Notes: generated from the letters alone by a model not told the origin. A DNA stretch of 63,905 bases, filler included, from Choristocarpus tenellus KU-1152 (GCA_964200185.2; 12 parts of 12 records of this genome joined end to end with filler, not necessarily neighbours in it), one strand, 5' to 3'. Positions 1-13,339 are shown, counted from the whole stretch's first letter. Made by a program: numbers and translations.

Positions 1-50
1 CGAAATGGACAAACAGGGCAAAACTCGTACCCTCTAAGATACTTTCGCTC
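1..50. mobile_element. MITE family A, terminal fragment
   Basis: Ends TACCCTCTAAGATACTTTCGCTC, the TIR of full copies such as 14054-14313. Confidence 0.85.
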
Positions 51-151
51 TTCCGTGTTGAAAGAGTACGCTGGTCTAACAAAAAAAGAGTCCAAGGGGC
101 TATGTCGACACACAACCTCTCCTGCGCAACATGAATAGTACTGTTCCGAAC

Positions 152-348
152 CTTCCTCTCACGCTTGGCTATCTTGGCGTTTTCGATGTCGAACGTCTCA
201 TGGGCCTTCTGTAGCTTGCGAGTCACAGCACCGCTCTGCTGATCAATCGTGACTGGCACCGTCACATTGATAAACTCCGTCACCCTTGCCTCCAGCTGAT
301 CTGTGCGATCAATCTTGCCAGCCATTGCATCAGTTGTAGTGGTTAGTG
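152..348 (-). CDS. Internal exon of a coiled-coil protein (unidentified)
   Basis: tag| acceptor and |gtt donor flank open frame LTTTTDAMAGKIDRTDQLEARVTEFINVTVPVTIDQQSGAVTRKLQKAHETFDIENAKIAKRERK; charged helical composition. Confidence 0.65.
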
Positions 349-1905
349 CTACCAACAGTAAACAAAAGCGGCCTTTAAGCAAGAAGGCGTGCTTAAAGCA
401 TTAGTTAATTACGAATAGACTCCTAAGCTCTCAAGATTCAGAAAGCTACTCGACAAAAACAATACCTACGAGTTATGGTATCCAACTAACTGCCCCCCCC
501 CCCCCCTCCCATCCACAATTAGGGGCCGGAAACCCCCCGGGTGGTCCCTGGAAATGACCAATTTGTCATAGAACAATGGGATTGGGTCATATTCTCAAGG
601 CATACCCTTGGGTTTTGGGTTTAACGTCTGCTTGCATATATACTTGCACAAAACGCTAAAAAGTCTTCAAGACAGAACGGCGAGGATTTCATGCATATCT
701 AGGAGCAAGAGTCCTTTGGAGTCATAACAAGATATAGAAGGAGTCGAAGAGAGGATGTTACAGAGTGGATGAATGTACCCTATTGGATCATGTCCTGAAT
801 GCTTTCATCAATGGATGGGTTGAATTTAAGTGGAGGTGCAGGATGAAAACTGTAGAAGATGGTAGGTATGATGAGATGGGTTTGGTTAGCAACAGGGCTG
901 TTTGAGGTGAAGTCATGATGTGGTCAGTTGTGGTCACAAAGGAGACATAGATGCCTGCAATGATGTGGTAGCACATAGTATTCTAGACAGTAACATTATC
1001 GAACTTGAAGCAATTTTTTCCAACTACCATTATGTGAATTGTAACCTACTTGGAGCAGTCCTCTCTTCCTCCTATGCTAAGCAGAAATATACACATTACA
1101 TAGATATATACAGGGGCGATTGACACAGTTGTTTCTACTTGTCTTGCTCCTTCACCCTTCTCTCTTTGAAATAGTGCATACTACCCTCAATCCAAACCTG
1201 GGGCAACAGACAATGGAAAGAATCAACCCAACACTGAACGAATTGGTTGTGCCCTTAGTTTGTACGTATATTTTTTCCTCTGTCATGGGTTTGTGAAAGA
1301 CTGGGTGTGACAGCTTCGGAGCGACTGTGAGCACGATGATTTTCAGCCGTTGAGGACAACCTTGCCAACTGAACAGGAACTGTATTTTTTTTTCAGAGTT
1401 GAGTACAACTTTTGCATCATCATTGAAAACACTTTGATGACTTTTATACTTTACTTCAAGTATTGTATAGTTCAAAAATGGTATTGAGCAGGATTATTTT
1501 GTGTTATTCTTATTATGTGGAGAATTTGTGTATGGCAAGGATAATAATGATCATTTTTCAAAGGCCAAGCAGGAATGAATCATTTCAAAGGCACGAACGT
1601 TCTCCCTCAACAACAAATCAAACGCCACTGACAGGAATAGCACATGCTCCATACAAATTGAGTCAGGTTTTGTCTTAATGCATGCGGAAATATATACTAC
1701 TGTAATGCTTGCATCATCAATTGTGTGGGAACTGTGGGAAACTGATGGTGTACGAGCTTAGCAGGAGATTTATTTTAATGCTTCATTGGTTGTAAGGGTT
1801 TTATTGGGGGTAGCTAGTGGTGCCGGAGCTTGGCAGGAGGTTTGGGTCAATGGTACAAAAGTTACGATGCATAGGTGATACATATTCGATGACCCAATGA
1901 TTTGA

Positions 1906-2161
1906 GGTCTGTAGTATCATCAGTCAGGCGTCTATTCGTGGCATCTGTGACCCTGTAGAGATTGTTCATGTCATGTGAGTGAACGTGTCAGACGTAAGGG
2001 CAATTTCCTTCATCTGGACACACCTTCTTTTTCCACACCATTGCCTGGACCAAATTCGAAGGGAAATCGATAACAAAACGGACATCAAAGTGGGGTGTTG
2101 TAAAGTCCCCAACAGGCAACCGGGGCTAATCCCCTCCCCCCCTTCTAGGATACTCTAGGCC
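1906..2161. mobile_element. MITE family C with 4-bp TSD TTGA
   Basis: Imperfect TIRs GGTCTGTAGTATC / GATACTCTAGGCC; TTGA at 1902-1905 and 2162-2165; diverged second copy at 2552-2824. Confidence 0.7.
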
Positions 2162-2551
2162 TTGAGGGAGTGATTGTCACCAAGCCCAGGTCTCACTGAG
2201 TGTGATGGATGTAACTATATGGATAAGGAATTGGAAATTGAAGGGGCCGTCCCTGGATTGAAAATATGAAAGTGGTAGTAGTTATGATAAAATTGATGAT
2301 ACATCAAGAGGAAAGAAAGGGAGAGAAGAAAGCTTAGTGACACAATCCAAAATTTCGCGAGAAGAACTACGAAGGACCCCAAGTGAAATGACGAGAGGCC
2401 TGGCCGCTTGAGCTTTCTAGGGAGAGCAACTAACCAAAAAATCTTACATGTGTTATGGTTGTTACTCCCAGAGCGATTTATGTACATAATGGACAACCTA
2501 CCACTCGCACGACACAGTTGAATGTTTTGGTGTGATATACGACAGACTATT

Positions 2552-2824
2552 TAGCTATAGCATCCTTGTGGGGGGGTCAGGCGTTCAGTAAGGGCTATTG
2601 TGACCTTGTGGTGATTTTCGTATGAAATAAATAAACGTGTCAGGTTCAAGGGCAATCTCCTTCATCTAGATGCACTTTCCTTCTCCATATTCCTGTCTGG
2701 ACCAAATACAAAGGAAAATCACCCGCAAAACGGCTATCAAATCGAGTTATTTTACGACATCCCATCAAGCCCTGAATGGACAACCTGGTCTAAGCCTCTC
2801 CCACCCTCTAGGACAATATGGGCC
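2552..2824. mobile_element. MITE family C, diverged copy
   Basis: Colinear similarity to 1906-2161 (tcaggcgt, aagggcaat.tccttcatct, tggaccaaat, ctaggac). Confidence 0.6.
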
Positions 2825-3699
2825 AATGTCCGGACAACAGGCATCATAGAGGAGATAGCCACATGTATGTTTTCGTGGACAACGGAAATTGGAATTGGGG
2901 ATTGGTCCAAGCGTTTACTGACCAACGGGACTTTGTAGAGCCAAATGACCCCAAGCGTTGTCTAGGACATCTGATGTTATGTTAAAAAAAAGGTTAAGCG
3001 TTTACTTGACAAATGACAGTATTGCAGTATTAGCGAGTATAACCGATGAGTCCTTCTTCCTTGCATTATCTCTCCTTCAACGAGATTTCTTTCATTTCTC
3101 GCCTTCTCTAGAAAAAGAAAAAACAGCAAGAAAGTGTGAAAGAATAATAATTCGTACATGGGGTGAGTGTGTGGAATAATAATAAACCAATGGGAACCAA
3201 ACATTGTCTAAATTATTCGTATTTGAAGGGGTAGTGGTAAATCAATATTTTTCTGGTTTCAAGGCACTTACAAAAATTTCATATTCTTCGAATTTTTTTG
3301 CAATCCATCAACCCAAATTGGAATCATCTCATTCTATACATATATATATATATCTGGTTGCTTCTGATGATGTAATTGGGTGAAAGGCTGCGACTTGAGC
3401 TTCAACTGAATGGAACGCTTGATCCTTATCTCCAAATATTCAATTGTTGGCATCCATATGAAAATTAGAGAGGGGGGGTGCAAGTCCACTCACTTTCTTT
3501 TCAACACTTGATAGATCTTGGATTTTTCTAGGTTGGAGAAGGACACCACATAAGGCCATACTTATTGATGGGGGAGAACAGGAGTAGAAGTGAACTTTTA
3601 TTTATTCTTCTTCATGACTCAAAGCAATTCTCAACTCATCGATGGTCCAAGCAAGGAGTCCCAGGATGTGAATAACAGTAGCAAGAGGCCAAGAGGCAT

Positions 3700-4700
3700 G
3701 GCCTCAGGGGCACCTGCAGACATGGGGAGGCTGCAAAACAAGAGGGGGAGGCCAAGGAAAGACTAGGCAAGGGCCCTCACGGCTGCAGCAAGGAAGAACT
3801 GGGTGGGGGACGCCATCATACCTAATGCTCAAGACTTTAGTGAAGCTGATGCTAAAGAGCAAATGGAGAATAACTCAAGTTGGTCAGCGGAGAGGCTCTT
3901 TCCAAGGGGCAGGCATGTGTAATGCAGATTTGTACTACCAATTTGTTCACTTTAATGGTATGAACCAAGTTGAGGTGGTGAAGACTATCCGCCAAGCAGT
4001 GGGAGTGGGATACAACAAGGTTTTCCACACTGTGAAAACTTGGAAGGAGAAAGGGGAGATCATTTGCACCTCTGGGGCTAAAAGGGGGATTGTTCAAGTG
4101 GACTCCGATAAGAGATGCAAGTTCCTTAAATCACATCTCGAAGAGATGGAACCCTTCATCTTTATACAACAATCATTGGAAAATAAATGCGGCCTTCTGT
4201 TGGGATAATGTGACCTGGAAAAAGACAATGTTTGGGGTGGAACGTTTATTGAGGGGTCTGGGTACCATCCTGAAGGACTGGGATGATATTTGGGCACTGC
4301 CTTGTATGCCCAAATTTCAGCCGATAGGGTTGTATTGACAGCATGGGAAGCAGTACATCAGCTTACGGCATGCAAAGGGGAGAATGATAGCTAAAGTGAG
4401 AGGTCAGATAAGGCTGGGGTGGTATGGTGACCCTAACTAGGATCGGATTGAGGGTGAATGGAATCAGCAGACTGTGGCAACCTGGTTGCCCATGCACGGA
4501 GGGAGATGGCAAATTTTGGATGGAGGATACTCAACCCGATAAATATTCCAGATGAGCTGGAAGATACGGTAGAGTATGCGAGACTGATGGATACTGTAGA
4601 GGGGGGAGTAAGATGACATTTCGCAAGAGGATTATGAGATGAAACTGGAAGATGGCAACAAATAACGACATTGATTTGCTTTAATAAAAACTGAACCTAT
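3700..4700 (+). pseudogene. Degenerate DNA transposase remnant (IS630/Tc1-like N-terminal region, tentative)
   Basis: Basic KRGRPRK patch, HTH-like VVKTIRQAVGVGYNKVFHTVKTWKEKGEI...KRG; many stops and shifts. Confidence 0.35.
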
Positions 4701-4846
4701 CGGGCTATAATTCTTAACACTGACAATTGCCGTTCACATGTAACACCATCCCCTGTTGGGCACAATGAGTAAGACGTACCTCCAGAAGAATTTTTGTACA
4801 CCACCTTTCAAAAGAGTTGGAGGTTGTTCGAGTCAAGAAGAACTTA

Positions 4847-4895
4847 GACTCAAAGTATCTGGGAGGGGGTGGCGGCTGTCCATTTGGGGTCAATT
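4847..4895. mobile_element. MITE family B, cut by contig end
   Basis: GACTCAAAGTATCTGGGAGGGGG terminus. Confidence 0.8.
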
Positions 4896-4995
4896 NNNNN
4901 NNNNNNNNNNNNNNNNNNNNNNNNNNNNNNNNNNNNNNNTTAATTAATTAANNNNNNNNNNNNNNNNNNNNNNNNNNNNNNNNNNNNNNNNNNNN
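4896..4995. other. Artificial contig linker
   Basis: N44-TTAATTAATTAA-N44; stops in all six frames. Confidence 0.97.
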
Positions 4996-5300
4996 GGTGA
5001 AGGTGTGGTAAGCTGGTGCTACCTCCCCAAAGAGTAGTACTGCGCCAGAAAGCAGACGAGATGTAGTTCCCCCCTCCTGCACCTGTGTCAAGGAGTATCT
5101 GTACAGGCATTCTCGAGCGGACTTTGCGAGGGTACCACAGCAATGCGGATATCCATACTTGACTAGTTCGTTGGGCAGTTGACATAGAGGATATGTTCGA
5201 GGCGAGTGTGGGGGTCATGCTTCCTATGGCTACAGTGACTGAGTTCCCTGGAGCTAAAGACGCCAGGGCGCACCTGTGGGCGGCGAAAGGAGAGGAAGGA
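4996..5300 (-). mobile_element. LTR retrotransposon (Ty3/Gypsy-type) aspartic protease fragment
   Basis: Retropepsin catalytic motif VQILLDTGAGGGNYIS in ORF 4940-5218; cut by linker. Confidence 0.7.
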
Positions 5301-5545
5301 GAAGATGACGCAGCAAGGATTTATAGGGTCTTAATTTTAAAGACAGCACGGTCAGGATCCTCACTGTTGGCCTATAGGCTCAATCAGCTTGGGGGAGACG
5401 TATTGTGTCCTATGGTGGGCGACCTACCACTCATGGATCATGTTCCCATTGGTAGTAATAGAACAAATTACAGGAATTGGGTAAGACCGGAGTTTTTGAA
5501 CCATCATTACGGGAACGAGGTAAGCTAGCCTACTTCCTGCTTTCT

Positions 5546-5801
5546 GAGTTGAAGTATTTAAGAGGGTAGGAGTTTTGCCCTGCTTGTCGGTTCGGGGCGT
5601 GGCTTCCCATCCATGTGTTTTTTGTACATTTTTCGGTTTTCTGTGTGAACAAGTTACCTATAATTTATACGACTATGAAAGGTGTGTCCGGAGCAGGGAT
5701 ATTGACACTTGCTAACTAACACGACAGCCAAAATTGATCAAATCGCAACATTGATTTATGACCCCGAACGGACGCGGATACCCTCTTAAATGCTTTGACT
5801 C
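5546..5801. mobile_element. MITE family A, diverged full copy
   Basis: GAGTTGAAGTATTTAAGAGGGTA ... TACCCTCTTAAATGCTTTGACTC; internal sequence matches other A copies. Confidence 0.85.
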
Positions 5802-8800
5802 TTTTCGGTAACGCTTCGCTTATAGAAGTGGGGCAATTTATGTTGAAAGATGGGTAATGGTTGCATGACCTCTTACAGAATTTGTGCGCTACTGACTACT
5901 GTCGTACCAACCATATTGTACAATGGTTTATTCTTTGTCAGGAGACCGCAGAGACGCATCTGGATCGTTTCAAAAGGTTCATGGTATATTTACTTGAATG
6001 TGTCAAGAATAACTTGGGTGAGATCGGTGTACCAGTTGTGTGAACGACACCTACTATTACGAGCTCTCCATCATTTTCATATCTTGCTCTCCTCAAACCT
6101 TGGACTCAACCACTATCCAATGAGCAACATCTTGAGAAGACACCGCCATAGAATTGACTGAATACATAGAATGTCAATTTTTTCATTGCTTTGTTTCCAA
6201 CCAAAAGTGAACGGCAGGTTTTGATGTTTGCTAAAGAATCGACTACGTGACATTATTCCATGTACGGCATATAAAACTTGGACATTGGTAGCAAAGTTCT
6301 TAGTCAAGCTTGTCGCACCAATGATGTATACTGAGCAACTATGTATACAACAGCAAAATGTTGTGGTACGAAGCAAAATACGCGAACTTGCCTATTTCTG
6401 AATCAAACTTGATGTGCAAGTATCGAATTTCTTTGCTTCGCCGTTCAGTAATTTTATGAAGTTCTCCAGTGTTTGGACGAGTCCCCAATGATTACCACGC
6501 AGGTGCACGAAACATGTAGAACGAGACTGCAGTCACCCGGAGGTTTGTGGGGGTAACATCATGGTTTTGTATATAGTATTGTTTTTAGCGTTGGGAGGAG
6601 GAGAGTGTAGCAGGATGTCATTTTTCACCTGCATATATCCTTCAACAATAGAGCCCTGCCAGTACCAGCTCCTTGAACTTAATGCTGTAGCATGTTGAGT
6701 GTTTTCTCCAACGAGATGTTCTATGTCTGAGCAATTGGATGAGACATCAGTATGTAATCTCCCCTGCTCCTAAAGTCTCCTTCACAACCACAATAGCATC
6801 TCACTTTCTTTGTTGTACCCGCCTTCAAAAGGTTTTGGTCTAGAGCAAGACAGACTGAGAGAGAAATGCAGTAGACCTGCTGTGAGATGTCGTGAGGGGA
6901 CAACATTTTACGGTGTTACTCTCAGTCCCACAAAGGACAACAAAAATCATCGTAGGAAACATTTCTTCAAGTGTCTGCATGGATTTTTGTCTGGACTTTC
7001 TTCATCAAATCAGCCACTGGTGTGGATCCACCTGCGAGTCAATTTGGTCCGCCAGTCAATTTCCGCTCTCAAAGTGCAGTATTTCAAAGAGAATGATGTG
7101 AGTTGTTGAATTCTCAAAATGTTGTATCTAGAGTCTAGGCAAAAGGGAGCAGGCACTCAATCTTTGAGATGAACCATCAAGTCAATAAATAACTAGAGTC
7201 GTATTTCAAGGTCCAATATTTCCAGGGCATTTTGACTACTTGTCGAGATAATGAGTCTTATGTTCCACCACCTGACAAAAGGAGATTGTGCAAGTTCCGG
7301 TTTATGATCTTGAGGGAATAATGTGTTGTTTGTTCGTCTGGTTAGTGCATCGCCACATGCGTCTTCAGCTCCCTACTGTGTAAGTATAGGTTAACCATCT
7401 CCTCGTGTTCAGACTAGGCCATCACATCGATGGTTGTGTCTCCGTTTTGGATCAGTTTATGGGGAAATCACTAGAGTTCATGGCCTGAATGGATTGAAAC
7501 TGATTGCGTTCAAGTTGTGTGGCAAAACTGACCATAATGGTCGAGAATATTTTTTATTGTTATCAGTAATAAGTGAACCGAATTGAATCATAATAGTATA
7601 CGTGTGAATTTCTTTAGGACTTTCCGTTTAAAATGCACTATAACATCATTGCAGAAACAAGTAGACGCAATTACAAATGTATTGATCCCTAGGTTGACTT
7701 GATTCAATCGTCATTTTGAAGGTGGTATGACTGGAGCACACACTCTTAATATGTGATAGTATGGTGGGAAAACGCATTTGCCAAACATTGACATGTCACA
7801 ACGAGGGTGCTACTGCGGGGTACTAATAGTCATTTGACCTGTTTCAACATTCAACCTGACTGACCTCCAAAATGGTTTCTGTTTTCCTGTTGGAACCACG
7901 CGCTCACATCCAGTTAGAAACAATATATCGTTCTATAACCCAGTTTCACCTGCAATACCTTTGTTCAGTTTATAACTCAAAAAAATAAAATTTGATATCC
8001 CCAGTGTAATAACTACCTTTGCAGTATAGCAAGACATATTCTCGTTACTTCCCACCAAGTGAACAATTCGTCATTGAGCCATTATTGCCTTGTTGAATTT
8101 CTTGTCCTATTGCTTTACCTTCTGACCTTTGTATCAAGAGGACCCAACTCACTGGACGTGCCTAGATGATATCATTTAGATACAAGCATCAAAGAAACTC
8201 AGCCGTCTCCCAACCACTTGAAAATGGAACAATGCAACAAATGACCTATCTGTTTACCGATATGCTCTGAGCAGGATCCATTTCACGTCGACCCCATCCT
8301 ATGTTCAAGAGCGAAGGATCCTATCTTTGTGACACCTGACGACTTAGTCAAGTTAATAAAGATCAGGGAGAAGAAATAGAAAAGGTCAGGTCCCAGTCTA
8401 CAAAGCACAAGTGCATATATCACAAGAATTTAATATAGTCCATGGCTCCAAGTGTGTACAAGACACGTATGCATGTTCGTAAGTTGTTGAGTATGATTCC
8501 TATGTCGTCTTGAAGTACTTCGGTCGTCACTAGACTATGCTGCCCGAGCTTGTTTATTTAACTGCTCGGTCTCGAGATTGTCCTTCTGTACTGAATTGTG
8601 CAAGGAAGGTAAAGATGATGTTATCTGAAACATGAGACATATTTCCCTTAACCAAAATTCCGAGTATCACCAATATCAAAGGGTTCCTTAACTCCCAACA
8701 GACATATCACATACGGTATACGCAACTCAGAATTTTCTTTATCCACAATGGAGGTAAGATAAGGTGCAATATACGTGATGTCCTTGCCATACAGTTAAGT

Positions 8801-9317
8801 CGATCTCTCACACCTCACCCTCACAACCAACACAAATCTTTATTCTGCAATAGTACATGAGTGCCTTGGATCAAAATCCACCAAAAATATCTGCCACTCT
8901 TCCTGATGCTCCATAATATGCATGACTACCCTTACAACCAATCCTACTTTTCTGCTTATCCTCACAAAACTTTTTATCATACAGTACACTCAACATTGGG
9001 TTGGACTTGCTCACGTTTGACGATGTCCTTGCCACACAAAGCTGGCCGAACTGTACACAAGCGACAGATGGACTCTGTTCATCCCATGCTATATTGCCTT
9101 CAGCAGGCATTGTGGAGGGTAGAAACAATTTCCCAAATATAAAAGCTTTGGAAACAAAGTTTGTCATCTCAAGCAAATTTGAGGTAGATGGTGAAAGGGG
9201 ATCCCAGGGTGACATATCAGGATCAGGGACAACATTTTCCTTTGTGAGAACCATATATGAGTACATTGTGGCTAGAGAGAGGCTAACGTTGAAAAGACTT
9301 TAGCCCATGCTCTATCA

Positions 9318-9554
9318 GTGAAGGAGACGTGGATTCCAGTCCCAGGAGAAGAAGAGATGACCCCAAGCCCCCCAGCCAACATGTTCACAAAAACTAGCAA
9401 GGCCAACACCCGAGATGCATTGCTGAACTTTGATGACCTGGTGGAATACGCCTTGAAACAGCCCCCAGACAGCGATTGGCTTTCTGGCGAGAGGGGTGGG
9501 ATATTGATGATGCTATGTGAGGGAGTGGATCCACCATGTTCCCCTATGATGTGA
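9318..9554 (+). CDS. Possible terminal exon, weak resemblance to sulfotransferase C-termini
   Basis: cag| acceptor then open frame ...NMFTKTSKANTRDALLNFDDLVEYAL... to TGA; no partner exons found. Confidence 0.3.
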   Translation: MKETWIPVPGEEEMTPSPPANMFTKTSKANTRDALLNFDDLVEYALKQPPDSDWLSGERGGILMMLCEGVDPPCSPMM

Positions 9555-11323
9555 TTTTATTGTTTTGCTGTCCCCCTACGCTTGTTGGGGTATATTGCTG
9601 CCTGAAGACTCCCAATAGGATTCTTGCTTAGTCATGTCATTCCGCTGACAAAATAGTCCCTATGATTGTTTCTATAAACTGAGTGGAGAAACCTTCCAAA
9701 TGTGAAGTGGAGCAGATTTTTCTACTATTATTGTTAATGAAATACATAACTTCAGATTTCATATTGTTTCTTGCGCTTTGATATTTTCCACATATCAGAA
9801 GGGAGAAAGAATATTTGAAAAACTAAAGACAACAAACATAATAGCTAAATCTGAAACGGTTTCAACAAAGTTTGCTTTCTTATGTAACATAGAAATAATC
9901 ATTATCACAATAAACTGACGTTACAACTAGTAACCAATTATGAGTTAAATGAAACGTATAATTTGAAGTTTGAAATCTTATTTTTTTGTGTAAGCGAATT
10001 ACACCTAAACCTTCACGTTTTTTACGCATTGCGGTGGCTTTTCCGACAACCAGCGAAGTCATAGCACATTTCATGAAATTCATCAGATGCTTGCTGTCAT
10101 GGTGTACTTTGTGTGTAGTAACTCGTGCACATTTTCGAGGTTAGAGAAAATAACATGCTCAGTTATATGCCACAACATGTTTGTGAGAATATGATGTATG
10201 CCGTACTCTTCCCAGAGAAGTTTCGTTTGTTTTCTCCATTCCTTGCAGTACTAGTTAGTAGTACTACATTATTAAAAATTGTAAAAGTGCGAAATCTGTG
10301 GAATCAGCTTGTCAAAAAGTACGTAGTAGATGCGTTTTCTTAGGATCGCCACCAACTAATGACTGATACAAAATTTCCTGTTTTCCAACGTCTTGGAAAT
10401 CGACATTTGGTGGAGGCCTAGTATTCTATTCATTCGCCCTAAGAGACGAACAAGTTATTCCACATGTACAATCAACATTTTGTTCTTGGTAATACTGTAC
10501 ATCCATTAAACCGAACCGTATATTAAACACTGGTGAAAGTTTGAACGGCATAATGAATGAACGAGTGAATGAAAGAAATGAATGTATTGTGCACTGCACG
10601 GTAGCAAAGAGAGATCTTGAAACACCCACCAAGTGCTGCATCTGATGCGGAGGCTAGAGTAGGGTTAATCTACACTTTAATGTTTTCTCTTCTGGTCACA
10701 AGTGACAGGTAGGAAGTAAGTATTTCAGTCGCTTCAAGGTGATCTGTTTTACCCTGTAATACTCCATATTTTGATGGGTGCCTATACTGATAATTGCGAG
10801 TTTACTTAGTATGGTGATCCTGACTTTAAAGTAGAGTTAAAGCCAACTAGCTCGAATCCATTAGCCAGCAGACCAGTCCTGATTATTAATGCCAGAGATT
10901 AACCAACACCAATTGAGTAATTGAGAGGCACCTCGTTTTGACTCTGGACTCTTCTCTGGGCTGTGCATATCTCTTTCGATTTCCATGTCTACTTCAATGA
11001 ACTTGGGCAGGCTCAATGATCAGCCCGTAGCATGGAGGTCACTAGTAACGTTCTTTTTGTTTTGCTTCTACTCCATAGCTTTTCAAAAATATATTCTTAG
11101 GTAATGGCTGTCTGTGGTGTGTGGTCTGCTGCCCGTGTATGTGTGTGGGATTGTGGAGATATCGTGACCTTTGCTTGGATTGTGGATTGGTTGAATTTCC
11201 TGGCCTGGTATAGAAGTATCACCATCGGCGACCTCTCAGCCTGGCGTATTGACTATGTTCGTAGATAGTGCCGCTGGTACACTATAGACACCATCGGTGG
11301 AGTAGATTAGGAAATGCTGACAC

Positions 11324-11423
11324 NNNNNNNNNNNNNNNNNNNNNNNNNNNNNNNNNNNNNNNNNNNNTTAATTAATTAANNNNNNNNNNNNNNNNNNNNN
11401 NNNNNNNNNNNNNNNNNNNNNNN
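11324..11423. other. Artificial contig linker
   Basis: N44-TTAATTAATTAA-N44. Confidence 0.97.
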
Positions 11424-11435
11424 CTATTTATATTT

Positions 11436-11615
11436 GACCCAAAGTATCTGGGGGGAGGGGGGGGGTCTACATCAGGGTGTCCATTTGGTGCATAACCAGG
11501 AAAAGGGTACATAAATTATCGATCCAACGTATGCTACCAAATTACCCAAAAATCTCGACTGGAAAAAATTGACCCCAAATAGACAGTCGCCACACCCCCC
11601 CAGATACTTTGAGTC
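11436..11615. mobile_element. MITE family B, full copy
   Basis: TIRs GACCCAAAGTATCTGGGGGG / CCCCCCAGATACTTTGAGTC. Confidence 0.88.
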
Positions 11616-12123
11616 CTTACCTCTCTTCCTCAATCTTGTATCCTAAACTTCTAATTTCAATTGTTTAGTACTAAATACATTATATATAATGTCAGGGACA
11701 AGCCCATTTACTTAGGATCTCCCGGCAGTGATGAGGATAATGCGTGCAGTCATACACATTTGCGTGTGCCACCTTTTACCATTGAGGTCAGCCCAAGTGA
11801 TGTGGTGTGGGTCAGATGCGCTACAGGCTTGCCGTAACCCCGACATGAATGGTGGATTCAAACCAGCAAAGCCAGAGATTTTGTTTTCTGTTCTGACTGG
11901 TAACAATCAATCACAGTGGGGATTGATCCACATGGCACAATGAGGCGGTCAACATACGCCGAACATGCCTCAGTCTCATCTCTTACTTCCTTCCTGAACC
12001 CCATCTCTGGTCGTTCTCATCACCCCCCATCACACAGAACCAGCCCCCATAACAAGAGTGATATTTCAATATTATTTCATATATACATTTCAGAACGTTG
12101 AAATTGTAACTTCAGAGTCCTAC

Positions 12124-12382
12124 GAGTCAAATTATCTTAGAGGGTAGAGCCGCGTCCATTTGGGGACCAAAATCCAATGTTGCAATTTTGATGTAATTTT
12201 GGCTATTCGTGGTTGTTAGGAGATGTCGATATCCTTGTTCTTGACACATCTTTTCATAACGTAGGCATGTTACCTACTCCGAAACATTTTGGAGTAGGTA
12301 ACTGTCATTAAAAACCCGTGGGAAACCAAGGCCCAAATGGACAAGCAGGGAAAAACTCGTACCCTCTAAGATACTTTCACTC
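12124..12382. mobile_element. MITE family A, full copy
   Basis: GAGTCAAATTATCTTAGAGGGTA ... TACCCTCTAAGATACTTTCACTC. Confidence 0.88.
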
Positions 12383-12739
12383 GAACAAATACATTGTTGG
12401 GTGTCTGAGGTGATTTGTGACCGGGTGCGTGAATGTCTCACACTCGCACTTATACAACACGTAGTGGACATGGTTCAGACATTCAAGGGAAAACGTTAGA
12501 CTGACCCGGCAGTGTACTTGGACCAGTACAATACCCTGTGGACATGGTCCCAACATTTCAGAAACTGTTTCACCTGGTCTGGTTGGTGGACATGGACCGG
12601 GACATGTAATATAAATGTGAGATTGTTCCGGAGACGGACATGGACTGAGACATACAAGATATTTTTGGGACCACACTGGCCGGTGAATTGACTTTTGGAA
12701 TTTGCTGATCAGGTAAAAAGTTCTGATATTTTTTTCACT

Positions 12740-12916
12740 GGCTCAAAGTATCTGGAAGGGGGTGGCGGCAGTCTAGTTGGGGCCAATTTTTTAATGTTGC
12801 GATTTTTGTGTTATTTGGTTGCATACGTCGGATGGATAATATAAGTGCACTTTTGCTGGTATGGTCCAAATGGACACCCTGGTGTAGACCCTCCCCGCCA
12901 CCAGATACTTTGGCGC
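12740..12916. mobile_element. MITE family B, 3-bp TSD ACT
   Basis: GGCTCAAAGTATCTGG ... CCAGATACTTTGGCGC; ACT on both flanks. Confidence 0.85.
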
Positions 12917-13158
12917 ACTCGGCCCAGACACGTCATAGCAAAGCCTCCCTAATTTCCATTCACTCTAGTTGTACTTTGTATCCTATACTAGTGTAGGTGC
13001 TATATATATACGTATTGATATTTCAATATTATTTTCGATTTTACTATTTTAGAGACTTATGAATCGTGTGATTCTGTGGCGGCGTGGTTCACTCAAGTAA
13101 GGGTGGCGAAGAGAATCACCGGGCAAGACGGACCAGATGGACTAGGACAAACCGTAAC

Positions 13159-13339
13159 GGCTCAATGTATCTGAGAGGGGGATGGCGGCTGTCCATTTGG
13201 GGTCAATTTTTTTCATGTCGCGTTTTTTGTGTGGTTTGGTTGCATACGTCAGATGGATAATGTAAATGCACTTTTCCTGATTTTGGTTCAGATGGACATC
13301 CTGGTGTAGACTCCCCCTCCCCCCCAGATACTTTGGGTC
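13159..13339. mobile_element. MITE family B, 3-bp TSD AAC
   Basis: GGCTCAATGTATCTG ... CAGATACTTTGGGTC; AAC on both flanks. Confidence 0.88.

Noticed and set aside
10790-10880. tRNA or tRNA-derived SINE (CTCGAATCC B-box-like)
   Set aside because: No cloverleaf, no clear A box and no second copy seen
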